Of a stretch of 64,000 nt of DNA, positions 48,607 to 63,248 are shown piece by piece. The position numbers and the translations under genes are program-made. The DNA is from Nymphaea colorata (taxonomy: Eukaryota), in the NCBI RefSeq assembly GCF_008831285.2, contig NC_045138.2, positions 16,740,001-16,804,000 on the forward strand. Direction: 5' to 3'. The stretch's first letter is position 1. Every line of letters starts with the position of its first letter. The notes beneath the pieces are model-generated. The model had not been told where the DNA came from. It did not search any database and saw nothing but the letters and a program-made list of their open reading frames with translations.

Positions 48607-51600
48607 ATGGCAGGGTCTGTTAGCGATGACAATGGAATGGGGGGATCATCGGAGGTGATCTCTAGCAACCAGAGATGTCCGTCGGGAGATTCCATCTCTG
48701 AGTGGAGATCGTGTGAGCAAGTTGAGAATGGTACCCCATCAACGTCCCCTCCATACTGGGACACCGATGACGATGATGATTGTGGTATGACCAGTTTTAC
48801 CTGTTTGTTATTGTATTATGTGGTTCGCTTTCTAATTCACATTCTCCCCAATGGCTTTTCAAGATTCAATCCAATTTGCATCTGTTTCTTCGCCGTCTAT
48901 GGCATCTATAGCCTCTCTGCGCAGTGATTTTGAGATTATAGAGCATCCCAACTGAATCTGTGAGTTTAAGTTCTCAAATTGTTCCTCGTAACACCGATGT
49001 AATTTGGTTCTTTCTCTCTCTATGCGAAAGAAACTGTTACATGTATGTTGCATCACAGAGTTGCTCTTTATGTTTTTCGCTGAGGTGATAGAAAAGTTTA
49101 TTTGCGAGTCGGTAACGTACAAACCAAGCCGCGTCCTGTGTGATGAGATATCGCCTGCCAACACCCGATACAAATTTGATTGCCACTAAATTGGCTCCAA
49201 CCATTTTTGCTCCTTATATTGCAAGCACATGAGTGTGGATACATGCAAGGAGCTCTTCCGAAGAGTCTGTAAGTTCTGTTATTTTAATATATCTCACGGA
49301 GCTATGTTCATGCAGCTGCCCCATGCTGAGAACCAAAATTTTTTGCCCTTCTACAAGTGAGAACCAAGAAGGAGCTAAATTGCAGGAGACTTTTTCCATA
49401 TGGCTGGAAATAAGCTGAAAGCATTTATTTGCCACAAATTCCTAGGTTATGCTGGGTCTGACCCACCCTATGAAAAGTAGCCACACAAATCATTTCTGTT
49501 TGGTTGCAGTTTAGCGGACGGCTCAGTGCATCAGTTAACAAGCATTACCTTGTTGCAGCATAATTTTTAGAAAGAAAAAAAGATGGACAAAGAGAAGTCA
49601 TGAACCGCTTTTGGTTTGTTGAATTTGACACCGACAGACTATCAAGAGGCCTATATTCATACCATTCCATGTAAAACTCCCTCGTCAAGGTGGCACGATA
49701 CCACCTGTTTTCTGCCAGTGTCGTTAAGTGAATCAGCACTTGAAATGTTTTCTGGAAGAGCAAAATCTATCAAACCAGGCATTTATTGGCAACACAGCTG
49801 TTGCTTATCTAAGACCAATAACAAGGGAAGTTTGTTGCACCGTCATTGCAACATCACTTACCCCCCAAAAAAAAAGGAAGGAAAGAAAGAAAATCATATA
49901 AGCAGAACACTAGCACTATCTGCTGCAAAATGAGATTGTATATGTCCAGTGAAAGCTTTATTCAATACTTTAACATGCTAGAACCCCTAGACGATATACT
50001 TTGTTCCTAGCAGCATGGCCTGTGCATGGCTCCATATTTTTCCCTGTTCAATTTGGTGAAGGTTGTGCATAAATGCCATATCCATTTATTTGCATAATTT
50101 TATTCAATAATTTGAACATTTTGTGTCCAAAATTTTTAGTTGGTGAACACCTAAGACTCTTGACATAATGCTGCTTATCGTATGCAATTGTATAAATCTA
50201 GGAATGAACTTGTTCATTGACTTTGACTCCCTTCTGCTTTGTTATATATGATTGCACCTACTCCCTTACCTTTTTGTGTCGTACATTAGGTATTATGAAA
50301 TTTGAAGATTTATAGTGGTTAACTGGTTACGAAGCTTCGCTATTATTGGATCTTATTTGTAAAATGCGTGTCTGTCCTGAAGGTTTGAACTTTTACCAGT
50401 ATCACTGGTGGTCTACTGTTATGACTGTCAAATGTCTACGGTCAATTGATTCCTGTATGAGATGTTTGTTAGAGGTGTTCTGGTTCTAACTTTGCATGAT
50501 TGATGTTTGTGCTTCTTAATTTCATTGATAACTTTGTCATTATATATTAAGTTCAACAGTTCTTACCTCTGTTTAGCATGAAGAAGTGTTATACTTATTG
50601 TTTTAGATATGCTATACCAGTTTAATTGGTGTCATTTTTCTAAAAATTGAAGAGATATGGTCTTACTTACAACAGCTGCTGCTTGTGGGTGAATTGATCA
50701 TCAATCGTGTCTCTGTGTGTATGCATGAAAATAAGACCTGGTATGGTTAGTATACAAATGAGATATAAAAATATAGGTAATCTATTGCAGAGTGTAGCAT
50801 GAGAAGTTGGAAAATTGGTCAGGAAACCAGTAAAGTTTTGCATCAACTTGCACAAAAATTATTCAAGAAAATGTAATGTACTTCGTATCCTGGATATAAC
50901 TGTTGCATTTGGGAGAGGTATGGTTTCTCAAACGAACCAAACAAACCACGCAGCATGACGCAATTTATGTCCCGATATATAAATGTGAATTCAGATTGTC
51001 ATTGGAGGCTGTATCCCGGTGGAATTAGTTATTTACATCTCCCATTAGTTTTCGCTCGCAGTGATTGGAGTGGGTCTCACGAGCTATAAAGTCTTCACAC
51101 ATGTTATTTCTCAAAAACTTTGGTTATATTCATCATCTATTAGGTTCTTACTTGTTAGTCTCATTGGAGGATGACTTTTGCTTGTTTAGGACCAAAGCCA
51201 TCTGAATTATATGGAAAGTTTACTTGGAAGATTGAAAACTTCTCACAAATAAACAAACGAGAGCTGCGAAGTAATGCATTTGAGGTTGGTGGATATAAAT
51301 GGTAAGAGCTCTTCCATATTTTTGTCTGAGTTTCTTGCTATTCTCATTGCACTTACCTTATGTGCCTGTTTGGGTATTTAATATCTTGACCTGGTAATTG
51401 TAAAAAATACTACAGGTATATCTTAGTCTACCCACAAGGTTGTGACGTATGTAACCATCTTTCTTTGTTCCTGTGTGTTGCTAATCACGACAAACTTCTT
51501 CCTGGTGATGTATCTGATAATAAAATCATTGTATACTTTTATATTCTTTTTCTTATTAATAGAGGACTCATGTGTTTCTTTTTCCCTTTTGTTTTTCTGT

Positions 51601-54600
51601 TGGCAGGTTGGAGTCACTTTGCACAGTTTACAATAGCTGTAGTGAATAAAGATCCAAAAAAGTCTAAATACTCAGGTGTGCAGAAGTATTTCTCATATGG
51701 TTTTCAATCTACACTTTGGAGCTTGTCGCTGGAATTTATGCTAACATGTAAAGGGAACTTTGCCAGATACTTTGCATCGGTTTTGGAAGAAGGAACATGA
51801 TTGGGGATGGAAAAAGTTCATGGAGTTGTCAAAAGTGTTTGATGGTTTCATTGTTGGTGACATGCTTGTAATAAAGGCACAAGTTCAAGTTATTAGGTAT
51901 GTATACTATGCTTGTTTTTCACATAAACAAAATGTTCACGCATTGTTGGGTAGCAAAAAGTTCCTGTCCAGGTCTCTTCTTTTCTCAAATTTTTGTTTTT
52001 GCTGATTTTTTTTTGAAGGACAAATTAGTTGTTTGATATACTGCTTTTAAGTTGGTTATAGTGGTTCAAACTTCAAAGTAGTTTCTTTTTTTTGTTTATT
52101 TTTCTTTGTTCCTTTCTCTTTTTATCTTTTTTATTCTTTTGATAACACTCTTAATTCTGCAATCTTTATATCTAGGTGCTTTTAAACATCTTGTATCGGT
52201 AGATCTTATTTCACCTGTTTAACATGGATTCCATCCTTCTCCTTTATAACTGAAAGATTAATATTAGGGGAAAGGAAAACAAAATGTGTAAATGGGAGGA
52301 ATCAGTGACCAGGAACTTCAAATCCTAGTCCATATATAGTTCAAGTGGACCAGAGTGTCAGCCTGGATCTCCATATGAATGGTCATGTTGCTGAAAAGTA
52401 CAGCTAAATGGACCGAGCTGTCTTGCCTATCTAGTAGGTCTGGATTATAAATTTCTGTGCCATTTGATGTCTTTTCCTCTGTAGCATGGATGCTGGGTGA
52501 ACTTTCAATATGAGTCAATGGAGATTGCCTTTCTGTGATCCTGCATTTTATGACTTATTGCCCAGTTTGTTGTTATCATGTTTAATGAGTATCCAAGTTT
52601 TGTGTCCCTTATGGATTGAATGCTGGCCTGCATGTGCCATATCACCTTCCATTTTGATTGTTTAAGTTGCTTTTGGCTGCCCTTGAGTCTGTTTGTTACT
52701 TAGGATTTACTTGTTTGATCTATTATGTTGTTTAGGAAAAATAAATTACATTATTTGTTAACCAACCAAAGGTAGTAGCATGTAGTGGGCTCTCTATTCT
52801 TATGTTATTGATATGCTTAGTTTGTTTTGCACAATGTCGTGCCATTCGAGCATTTAACCTTTGAAACATTGAAGTCCATTGCATTGTTTCCCAGGGAGAA
52901 GGCACATCGTCCTTTTCGTTGCCTTGATTGCCAGTATAGGCGGGAGCTTGTTCGAGTGTACTTAACAAATGTTGAAGGAATCTGCAGACGATTTGTTGAA
53001 GAGAGGAGGAGCAAGCTTGGGAAGTTGATTGAGGATAAAGGAAGATGGACAAGGTATTTCTTGCTGCTCTTTTTCTTTAAGCTTTTGTAGAATGTGTCTC
53101 AGCTATGGTACTGCCGTGCCAGGATGCTTTCATTTTTTATGTAGGCATAATATGATTTTCATTATGTACAATCTTTAACATGTTAAAGTGGTTCACTATG
53201 GGATTTACAGCTTCCGTGCATTTTGGTTGGGAATGGACCAGAATGCAAGGCGCCGCATGTCAAGAGAGAAAAGTGACACCATATTGAAGCTTGTTGTGAA
53301 GCAATTCTTCATAGAGAAGGAAGTGACCTCCACTCTAGTCATGGATTCTTTGTACAGTGGCCTGAAGGCTCTTGAAAGCCAAAGTTCAAACACATGCAGA
53401 AGGACAAAGTCAACTGAACACGAGGAAATGCCACTTCCAATTGTTCATGTTGAAAAGGATATGTTTGTTCTGGCCGATGACGTGTTGCAGTTGCTTGAGA
53501 GGGCTGCAGCTGAGCCTTTGCCTCCACTGAAGGATGACAAGGGTCCTCAAAACCGGACAAAGGTATGCTTAATTCTTACAGATCTGTTGACCTAGCTACT
53601 GCAATCATGGGTTAGTTTGTTGACATGAATATATGCTAATACTTTCGAGTGTGGGTAAAAGATGTGACAATCTCCAGTCTTTTTCTTGAAGGAATATTGT
53701 ATTGTAAAGTCATAGTCACAAATATCGTTTAGGGGTTTTAAACGCCAAGGTTTTTCTTAGGTATAATACGACAGAGTTGTTTTTCTTGAGAAAATCTCGG
53801 CAAATTGCACAACAATTAAAAAAAGGAAGATCTTAAAAGTAAAATGCAAAAATAAAAATGTGAAAAAAAGAAGATCTTAAAAGTAAAATGTGAAAACAAA
53901 AATGTGGTAGTAAAGAAATGTAAAAAGAATTGAAAAATGCAAAAAATATAAAAACAAAAAATATAAAAAAATGGAAAAACGCCAAAAACTGTAAAAAAAA
54001 CTCAAAATGAATAAAATGAAAAAAAAAACATTTTTTTTGCTTTTTTTTTTCAATTTGAAAATTTTGCTGTCTTTTTTGGCTGACCTATTTTTCATGTTTT
54101 TAATGCATTTTTTGGTTAAAAAAAACATGTTTTTTGTGACTATGCTGTAAACAAAAAAAAGTCGTTAACATGGTTGCTGTGCCTGAGTACTTGTCCATAA
54201 GGGGAATGTCCTAAGGTCCCTTGCATAATTAGAATATGTTCAGAAATACTTGGTATTATATCCCAGTGCATGCTATAAGAAGGTGGGCAGTTGTTTGCAA
54301 GATTTATTGACATTGGTTGTGTGGTTAGATGTTTGATAGGAGGGAAGCAGGTGAACGAGCTTTTACTTTGTCTATTTATTTCCTAAAAATTTGTGGTGAG
54401 CATTTGTCCATGGTGATGTGGAACTGATATACTGATATATATCTACTATGCATATAAAAACAACAAACAACTCATAGTTATTGCTAAATTGACTGACAAT
54501 TCATCTTCCAATGAAAATCATTCATATCTTTTTCATCTTGTTTATTTTATTTTGTGGATTGGCTTAAAAGAATTCAAATATCCAAATTGTTGGAAACATC

Positions 54601-57600
54601 AGAACATGTGGGGACAAGTAGAAGCAAATTGACAACTTAACCTCATGGATTTAACTTATATCATCCTCAAGGGTCAGTGGATTCTCGGACTGAGCTAGAT
54701 TTGAACCAGTGAAGACATATTGTCATATGACTCATATCCTATTTGCAGTCCATCACCATTGACTGCTTGGGCTTCATCTTGGAAAGAATCAAATATTGGT
54801 TCATTGATAATTTATGGTCAACTTTTACTTCATTGTACCCTGCTACCCCTAGGGAAAATCGAATCTTTGCTGCCTCCTTAAAAAAAAGTTGTCCTCAACT
54901 ACTAGAAGATAGGGGCATGGCCACCTAATTGCCATCACTGTACGCATGGCATGGGTAGTTTTTTGGAATTGAAAATGTCAATATAATTAATGCATGGACT
55001 GCCTTTATTATTCCATATGCTTATAATAACAATAGAATAAAACTTCTTGTTCATTCGGGATAATATAACAAGGTTATTTATATAACTTAATAATCAAAGG
55101 ATTGGAGTATAAGGTTATGTCTTGCCCAACAGAGAAAGTAAAATCTCTTCAAGTCATGCAATAATACGAAGCAAGCACTTACGTAAGGAGTAGCAACTTT
55201 TGGTGATGATATGTTGAACTTTCCTTGAGTTTGAATTTTTGGGCATACTTTATGCTGCATATTGGAACGATACTCTTGAAATTTTCTCATGGTTGTGCTA
55301 CTAGGAAATATATACGTGTAGTCAGGTATGCATGTATTTTTTGGTACTTGCTTATTCTAGAACCAGATCACAATTGAAAGGTCTCTGATAAAGTTGTGTT
55401 ATTGTGTAGCTTTTAACTATGAGCTTCATTTGTCTTGCTTAGTCTAGTGAAGGTTTGTTGGTTTCCATATGCTTTCCTGGCTTTGGCATTTTTGTTAGGA
55501 GTTCTTGTATCTTGTCTCTCATCATTCAATTTTGCTGCAGTGTCTTTTTAATTTTTATGCACGTGAATTTCTATGTACCGTCCTGATCCTATTTATCAAA
55601 ATTAATTTGTTATTATTTTCAATGAGCATCATGGTTTTGTTAATCTGTTGTGCATTCTTAGGAGGGAATGTCTGGAGAGGACCTCAACAAAGACTCAATT
55701 GAACGTGACGAGAGACGCCTTACTGAACTTGGACGGAGGACTGTTGAAATATTTGCTGTAACTCAAATATACTGGTAATTACACGGCAGCTCTTCTGCAT
55801 GCTTTTTCTTGTTAGCCTAAAATCTATGAAGTGCAGTTGGCTTAAGATGTTTTGAAGCTTTGCAAGTTGTGTGAATAGGTGGACACATGCTGGGATATCA
55901 ACTGGTTATTATGATGGGGCATGTTTTCTCAAGAAAATGAAGCTGTATAAAGAAGCTTATAGAAAAGAAGTCCATACACATAAGCAGGAAGAAGAGAAAG
56001 AGGCTCTTCCTTTTTCCGGTTTGGGGTGGGAAGGGAATGAATGTGGGTGGCGTGGGCTCTTTAGATTCTTGGATTGGCGGAAGTGTTATATAATAAGCTG
56101 TTATTGTGATGCACCTGGAAGCTGGGAAAAAATAGGATCTTCCTAAAGTTCTTGAATCTATAGAAACTTAAAGATGGAAACTTAAATTAAATGCTGAACT
56201 AGATTGAGTGGCAGAAACATATTGTTCACATCTTATTGAAAGCTTCTCTCTTGTGTCTTCCTCTTGATTAGGCTTCATATTGTCTCTTATTGAACTCTAG
56301 AAATTCCTTTTTCAACTTGTGAGAAACTACTTTTATTGTACTGCATCTTTTCCACATCAGTCTGCTTCATGTGTCATAAATTTATGCTCAAACGGACTAT
56401 TGGATCCAGTGGTTGTCTTGCGGATGATATTCAAGTAGGTTAGCTACGTACAGCTATAGGATTGGACGTTTAGGTAACAAGTAGTTCAACTGTATAATTC
56501 TTGCTACCGAGCTTCTAATCAATTTCACTAAACGAAGGATGCCTCCAATGGTCTACAATCAGTCATCAGTTTGTCATGAATTATAAGACGGCACTCTCTT
56601 CTTAGATTTACCATCATCAACCACAATAGGATGCCTCCAGTGGTCTATGATTGTTTGTACATTTTTCGATTTAGTAATGGTTCCCAACCTGTGTGCTGCA
56701 ATCGTTTGAATCTATCTTCCATTCTTCTTTGGAATTGGCAGGTACTTCAGCTGAATCCCATGTCAAAATTCAAAGGGACAATGTTGTAAAAAGTGTATCG
56801 TAAACCGTATTGGACCGGCCAATAGGTACGATGTATCACAAAGTATCGTAAAATTATTCTTTAATTCAAAAAAATTCTGAAAAAACATAAAAAACAGAAA
56901 AAATAAGGAAAAATCAATAAAATAGGTTCTTTACTTTTTTATACAAAGCATGTTATACATAGTGATAGACTTATTATAGCTATGGAGTTATTTCACGAAC
57001 ATTCAGAACCCATAATATCATATGATAACACAACATGATCTAAGACGTCAAAGAACATAATTTATAACATGATCTACATAATAACACATAAAAAAAACAA
57101 GTTTTAATTGCTATACATCACATACATCACGTTGCAAGATGAAATTGTTCAATTTTAATGCAAAAAGTGACAAATGAATTCAGTGTCATTCATAATCTTC
57201 ACCATCTTTATTTTCATTGTCATCTTTCGTAGAAGAAATTGAAAAAACCCTTTTTCTTCAAACAAGAATTGGTCACCCACGCACAAATCTGCTCTCAAAT
57301 TGATAATTTCATAGTGAAATCAATGATTCTCTTTCAAAATTGCCACAAAGGCACAAACTCTCTCTCCTCCAACCCTTAGATATGTTTAGAAATGAAGAGA
57401 AAGGCGAGTTTTAAAAATTATGTTTAACAAATGGGGGTTTGGAGCCTCTATTTTTTGAAATAGACCCTTGGTGTACGATATGGGTGATACACATATGATG
57501 CAGTATACACTACCTGTTTGAGATACAAGTGGTGTATCATATCACAAATTTAAAAAGCAACAGTATGTATTTTATGGTATGGCCCTTACAATACGTACCT

Positions 57601-60600
57601 TGCATAGGATACATGCTCAGTGTAGATGTTTATTTTAGGAGGAAGTTTGTTATGGATTTACGAGTAACAAGCTATGCTGTCATGAAGAAGGCCTGCACTA
57701 AGGGATGGTCCCAACACAAATATGTATTCTCCATCTTTTTGTTCTCTTTCAAGGTGATGAGTTCAACTATAAAGTGATGCAGTATGAAGCAATATTGATC
57801 TTATTGGTGGGAATCCTCCACTCTTGATGGAGGAATTTAGGACAGTGTAGAAGCCATGGAGTTCTGACATGGTACATAGTTTAAAATTTTTGTAAAGAAG
57901 AAGAATACAGTTTTGAGGTGTCTGATGTAGTCTTACCCGGTAGTAAAGATTCGAGAATGCATCTACACTTATGGTTCCTAGGAGTCTCAAGGCAAGGTCA
58001 TGGATATGCTCTTATGCAGCTTCTATTGGTGAAGGGGTCTTCAGGTCCAAAAATCTAGGTTTTTGATGTGGAGGATGTTGTTAAAACTTGCCATCACCAC
58101 TTTTAAATTCGGGATGTTGTTATCTTTTTGAACCAGAACAATGCTCTTGGCATACTCCAGGTGTTTTGCTTACACTACCAACTTGGATCTTCCTAACAAT
58201 TGACAGCTCATTTATGCAAGAACGGCTTGGAGTATATAACTTGTTTCTTGGAAAAGAAACCTTATATCATGAGTAAATGATAAAATGAATTTATCAGTTA
58301 TCACTTCTTCCTTGGCATTTTCACCATTAGAAGAAGAAAAGATTTCTTAGTTGGTTGCCATGGCAAACCATCAACCACTCAGATGGCTTGTCTTTGAAAT
58401 TTCATCCACTTAAGCTTGATTGACTTGTTATTTACAATGCCTACTAGGGTATGTGTTAGCTAAGTCACCGGGTGCGCCAACTATGGTGGCACACCTGCAC
58501 CCGCACCGATGCGGGTGCGGCCCGACATGGCATCAAATGAGTTTTGACTGTTCTGGAAAATGTTTTGGCCAAGTTTTCAATGATATATTGATTCAAGGTA
58601 ACCTTGATAAAAAAAAGTTTAAAAATATAGACAAATAAAATTACTTATATGACAAATAACATATATATGTATATAATATATGTATACATATGTATATATA
58701 TTCATATGCTCACGCCTCATCCGCACCCAATTTTTTTTGGAACTTGCCGCATCTCGCGCTGGCACCAGCACCCGCACCCATGTGACATAGTGTGTTAGTT
58801 ATGGTATAGCCTTTATGCTGGGTAGCTAATAAAGGCCTATGATGGACTTGCCATTTACTGTGACTATGTTGGATAGGCTATTAGTTAGAAAGGCTGGTAA
58901 AAATTTTTCATTTACACATTCTTTTATGTCAGTCTTCCTATTTACAATTTTGGTATTGATGGAATTCTGCCTGAAGTTGGGTGCGAGTTTTGCTCTTATC
59001 GATTGCTTCATCTTCTATCAGGATATGGTGGGTGCTATGCCGGGCAGGTCCTACTTGATTGTAAGTGCTCCCACCTGGCCAGAGCTCCTTCCTGAGCTTG
59101 TAAACAACAAACTTAATTCTCTCTAATCAAATACTTGCTAGTTTCAAAAACCACTCTAATAAATCTTCTAGATGTAGCTGTCCATAATCCAAGAGGCTCC
59201 ACATTGGTGTTCTTTCTCTAACTCGTGTAGGCTAAGACTGTTGAAACTTGAAATTATGAAAAAAGATTCCTATCCATGAACAGGCAGGTGAAAAGCGCTT
59301 TTTGTAAACAAGTGATTGCAATTATTATTGGCAACTGTTTGAAGATATCATTGACTGCTGCACAAGCTATTGAGCAACCCAGTGGTAAGGATAGGTTGTT
59401 TCTAGATGCCTCATCTATGGACTTATATGTGTCACTTTTTTGACCTGCGGACATGCTTAGTGCTAGTTCTAACACTAATTGATACAGCAGATATGTTTTT
59501 GTTTGTTAATCAAATCTTAAAACCCTGAGAGTCTGTAAGGAACAGGGATACCAGACTTAACTTTAACTATATTCTTAACTTCTAGTGATTAAAGCTGATT
59601 ATCTACCTATTTATGGACTCAAGTTCCCATGTTAGGATAAAAGTACTTGGAAAGTAGTCCAAACTCACTCCTCGTTATCTGAATTTTTTTCTGTCATGGG
59701 GTTATCCTATTTGGATCTCAAGATGGTCTTCTAGGAAAATGGAGAACACGGAACACTTATACGATTTGTCAAAAATGTGAACTCATAATTTCCTTTAATT
59801 TGGCATGTTATCTTGATCTGTGGTGGGATATGATGATTGCTCTTTGTGGTTAAGAAAAAGTGATGATGTTAAAGAAACTTTGCCATTTACTGTTGATGTA
59901 TTTTCTCCTTTTGTTTGTATTTGTTTAATAAGTTTATTTAACAAATAACCTGATTCCTTGGGGGCTGAGCTTCTTTTAGATATATGATTTGAAGGGCAGT
60001 CTCATGAGATCCACCATCATGTATTCTTGCCTGATATATTTCAATCTGCCTTGCAGCAATAGAATTGAAGTCGCTTATCAAGAGGCTGTTGCTTTAAAGA
60101 GGCAAGAGGAACTTATTCGTGAAGAGGAGGCAGCATGGCAAGCTGAAAATGATCTTAAATCAAAGCGCGCTGCATCTGACAAAGAAAAGCGAACTAAAAA
60201 GAAGCAGGTTATGTGTTTTCTTTGGATGGGTTTTTGGAACTTAATTTAGAAGCTAGAATATAACCCTAGAGGTTATCATCTTAATTGATTAGATTGACTT
60301 ACAGCCTAAGAATGAGAAATTCTGCTGAAAACAATTTCTACTGAATTCATATTGTTGCATTAGGCTAAGCAAAAGAGAAACAATCGCAAGAAGGATAAGG
60401 CCAAGGATGAGAAATCTGGTGCACTGCTGCATGATAAGCACCAGAAGCAGACAATTTTGGAGGAAAGAACCCTCGTGGAATTCTCTGCCAAGGAACAGTC
60501 TGACCTTGCTAAATGTGATGCTCAAGAATGTGATGTTTCTGATGTGTCAGATACTGTGGAATATAATGTTGAAGCTTGTCAACCAACAGAAGACAGAGAT

Positions 60601-63248
60601 GTTAGCCCAGTCAATTGGGACACAGATATGTCAGAAATACATCCCGCGACAGAAGCTAGTGGCTCTGAGATAAGTATTCAACGTGCAGAATATGGGAAAA
60701 TTGACAAAAAGAATCGAACTGCCATGGACGACAGCTCCTCCACATGTTCTACTGATTCCGTTCCTTCCATTGTAATGAATGGGCAACACAGAGGACATGC
60801 TTTGCGTGGATACAACAGCCAAACATCACCAAGCAGGTTTGTGCGGTTTCTGCACTGGTTTTGTGTATCAAACATCCATGTTTACATCCTTGCTTATTTG
60901 TTCTTTTGATCCATTGCTGCAGAGAAAAGAATGAGCAGGCCAAAGAATGCCATGATCAAATTGGTTCCACCCATGATGGTGACAGACCATCTTTGGATTC
61001 TGTCCCAGATGCTGGCTTAGTATGTGATGATAGTAGCACCTGTGGAAGCATTGGACCTGAATCTGATTCTTTCTTGTCATTAAAAGATCGAACACGTTGG
61101 GTAGATCAGCATATTGAGAAGGTGAAGCTCTCCATCTGTTTGAATTTGTGGTGCATGATATATATGTGCACATGGATGGGATCCCTCAGGCACTCAGAGA
61201 ACTAGAAATTTTGAATGCATGCTATTTTGCCTTCAGATATTGCTAGGATTGTATCAGAAAGTATAGCTTCCTACATTTGAATTGAGCAACCTTCTGATAA
61301 AGAAGGTTAGAGGTCAGCATATTTGAGCTTGCATGGCTTTTATGTATGAAAAATATCTTTCAGGCAGAAGTAAATGCTTGACTTTTCAAATTGCTAGAAC
61401 TCTTCAGGAAGTCATGCTTCCTAAATCTGAATTTAGTAACCTTGCAAGAGAAAGATTACCCCTATATGAGTTCATATTGATTCTGTCTTGCTTTGAGAGA
61501 TCCATTCCTGTTGGGGCAGGCTTCTAACTGTTGCAGGAAGCCTAGAACTGTATCATAAAGCTATGCTTCCTACATCTGTACCATAAAGCTGTTGCTGGAA
61601 TTGTATGACAGAGCTCTGTGCAACTGAATTAGTGGTCTTGAATATCTTAAAGACTCATATTTTAGGTCTTGTTTCAACTTTCCTTCACTTGACTTGAGTT
61701 TGTTTGTTCCTTTTCCAGGATGAAGTTTCATTACAACAAAAACGGACTGTAAAAAATGTTGACCTTGAAAGACCTTCAAAGCAGTCACCTGAACGAGCAG
61801 AGGAAGTTTCATCATCCCCCGCCAGCCCACCTACTGTGAGAAATATGAAGCCTACTTCAGAAACAAGTGAAACAAGTGGGCTAGCTCAAGCTGAGCCAGT
61901 TCTTTCGAGGCAAGCATCTACGAACAGCCCATCGGAAAAAGGAGTGCTGCTACTAACCAGATCATCTAATCCCTTCTCATCCACGTCCCAAAATGAAACT
62001 CAAAGGCCGACAAGTATACCAAAGGTCCAGATAGATCACCATGATAACTCCTCACTGAAAACAATATCAAGTGATGCAAATGCTGCATTGTCAAGACCAT
62101 CAAGTGCCCCAATTTTTGCTGCTTCTAGAGCGACAACTTCAGTCATATCCACTACTTCATCACCTCCATTGTTGGCACGCTCGGTGAGTGCAGCTGGCCG
62201 GTTAGGGACTAGTATTGATCAACAGTCGGCCACTTCATGTAGTCCTGCTGGTGCTTCTCAATCTTATAGAAATGCCATTATGAATGGACACAAAGTGAGA
62301 GCTTCAGGAATTCCTAGCTATTCCTCGTCCTCGTATCCTAGAGTAAGTCCAGCTTCTTCCTACTCTCAACCTCTCTCTTCAACATCAGCGACCTCATCAT
62401 TGTCACATGGTGCATCATCGCCTGCATCCATAACAACTTCAATGCTCTGCCAGAGCAGCTCTGTGAGGAAACCTGGCAATTCTGCAGGTACAAGCAACTG
62501 TCCTGGTTTTACTTTTGGCACAGTGGCACCTGAGATATTGCAACCGCCGCATCAATCAGAATTGCTTCTTGACGAATCCAGTCCTGTCTCTTGGTTGAAT
62601 GATAGCACGTCACAAGAAGGTGAGAACAGTCTCTTCTGCGAATCATATTTTCAGGACGTTCCAAGCCTGGAGGTCTCCAGTTCAGGTAATAGGCGTCCAA
62701 TGGGCCTTGCTGACTCGCAGGATGAGTTTCCTCATCTTGATATTATCAATTACCTATTTGATGAGGAGCATAGTATCGGGAAAGCAGCAACAGTTGGTGG
62801 CATGCTAAAGGGCCCAGGGAATCATATCTTCAATAGGCAATTTACCTTTCCCGGACTGCATGGTTTTGGACGAGGGAGTGACATGGGAATGATGGACCCA
62901 GGCACTTCTTTGCATGGGAGTCAGCTTGAGAGGTCAGCAAGGTATGCTGGTAACAGTCTCCAGCTGGATTATGGCTCACGAACTGGTTGGTATGACATAC
63001 AAAGAGAGGGGCATGACATTATGCTTTCTTCATATATGGCACAACCTACTGCATTGGCAGAGAGCTTCTTATGCACTAATCCTCTAGGTCAACTTCATTG
63101 GTCTGCAGATTCTTCTGATATTTCATTGTTGAGAAACTCCGAGGCAGATGGATCTCTTTTTCAAATGCCTGTTGCAGGCTATACCAACTTGGGTTGCAGC
63201 AATGGGCTTAATGGATACTCTGTATTCAGACCAGCAAACGGCCGTTGA
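48607..63248 (+). CDS. TRAF1: MATH/TRAF-domain protein (TNF receptor-associated factor homolog 1a/1b, MUSE13/14-like), 12 coding exons, ~1184 aa
   Basis: Exons 48607-48784, 51190-51301, 51416-51504, 51607-51675, 51767-51896, 52895-53053, 53211-53562, 55662-55774, 60057-60207, 60364-60836, 60923-61121 and 61719-63248 (3555 nt, phases consistent). Motifs: SEWRSCEQVENGTPSTSPPYWDTDD, MATH core FTWKIENFS...WYILVYPQGCDVCNHLSLFL...HDWGWKKFMEL, IEVAYQEAVALKRQEELIREEE, SPVNWDTD, DEFPHLDIINYLFDEEH, and C-terminal NGYSVFRPANG. Confidence 0.95.
53711..54144. mobile_element. AT-rich MITE with 12-bp TIR CATAGTCACAAA
   Basis: CATAGTCACAAA (53711) ... TTTGTGACTATG (54133-54144). Flanks share TGTAAA (imperfect TSD). 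Confidence 0.75.
56779..57550. mobile_element. Probable degenerate DNA-transposon remnant
   Basis: GTATCG/TACGAT/GATAC subterminal-type motifs cluster at both ends of an A-rich block in TRAF intron 8. Termini unclear. Confidence 0.35.
58460..58790. mobile_element. hAT-like MITE (331 bp)
   Basis: Perfect 8-bp TSD TGTGTTAG (58452-58459 and 58791-58798). TIR CTAAGTCAC / GTGACATAG. GCACCCGCACC subterminal repeats. Confidence 0.9.
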
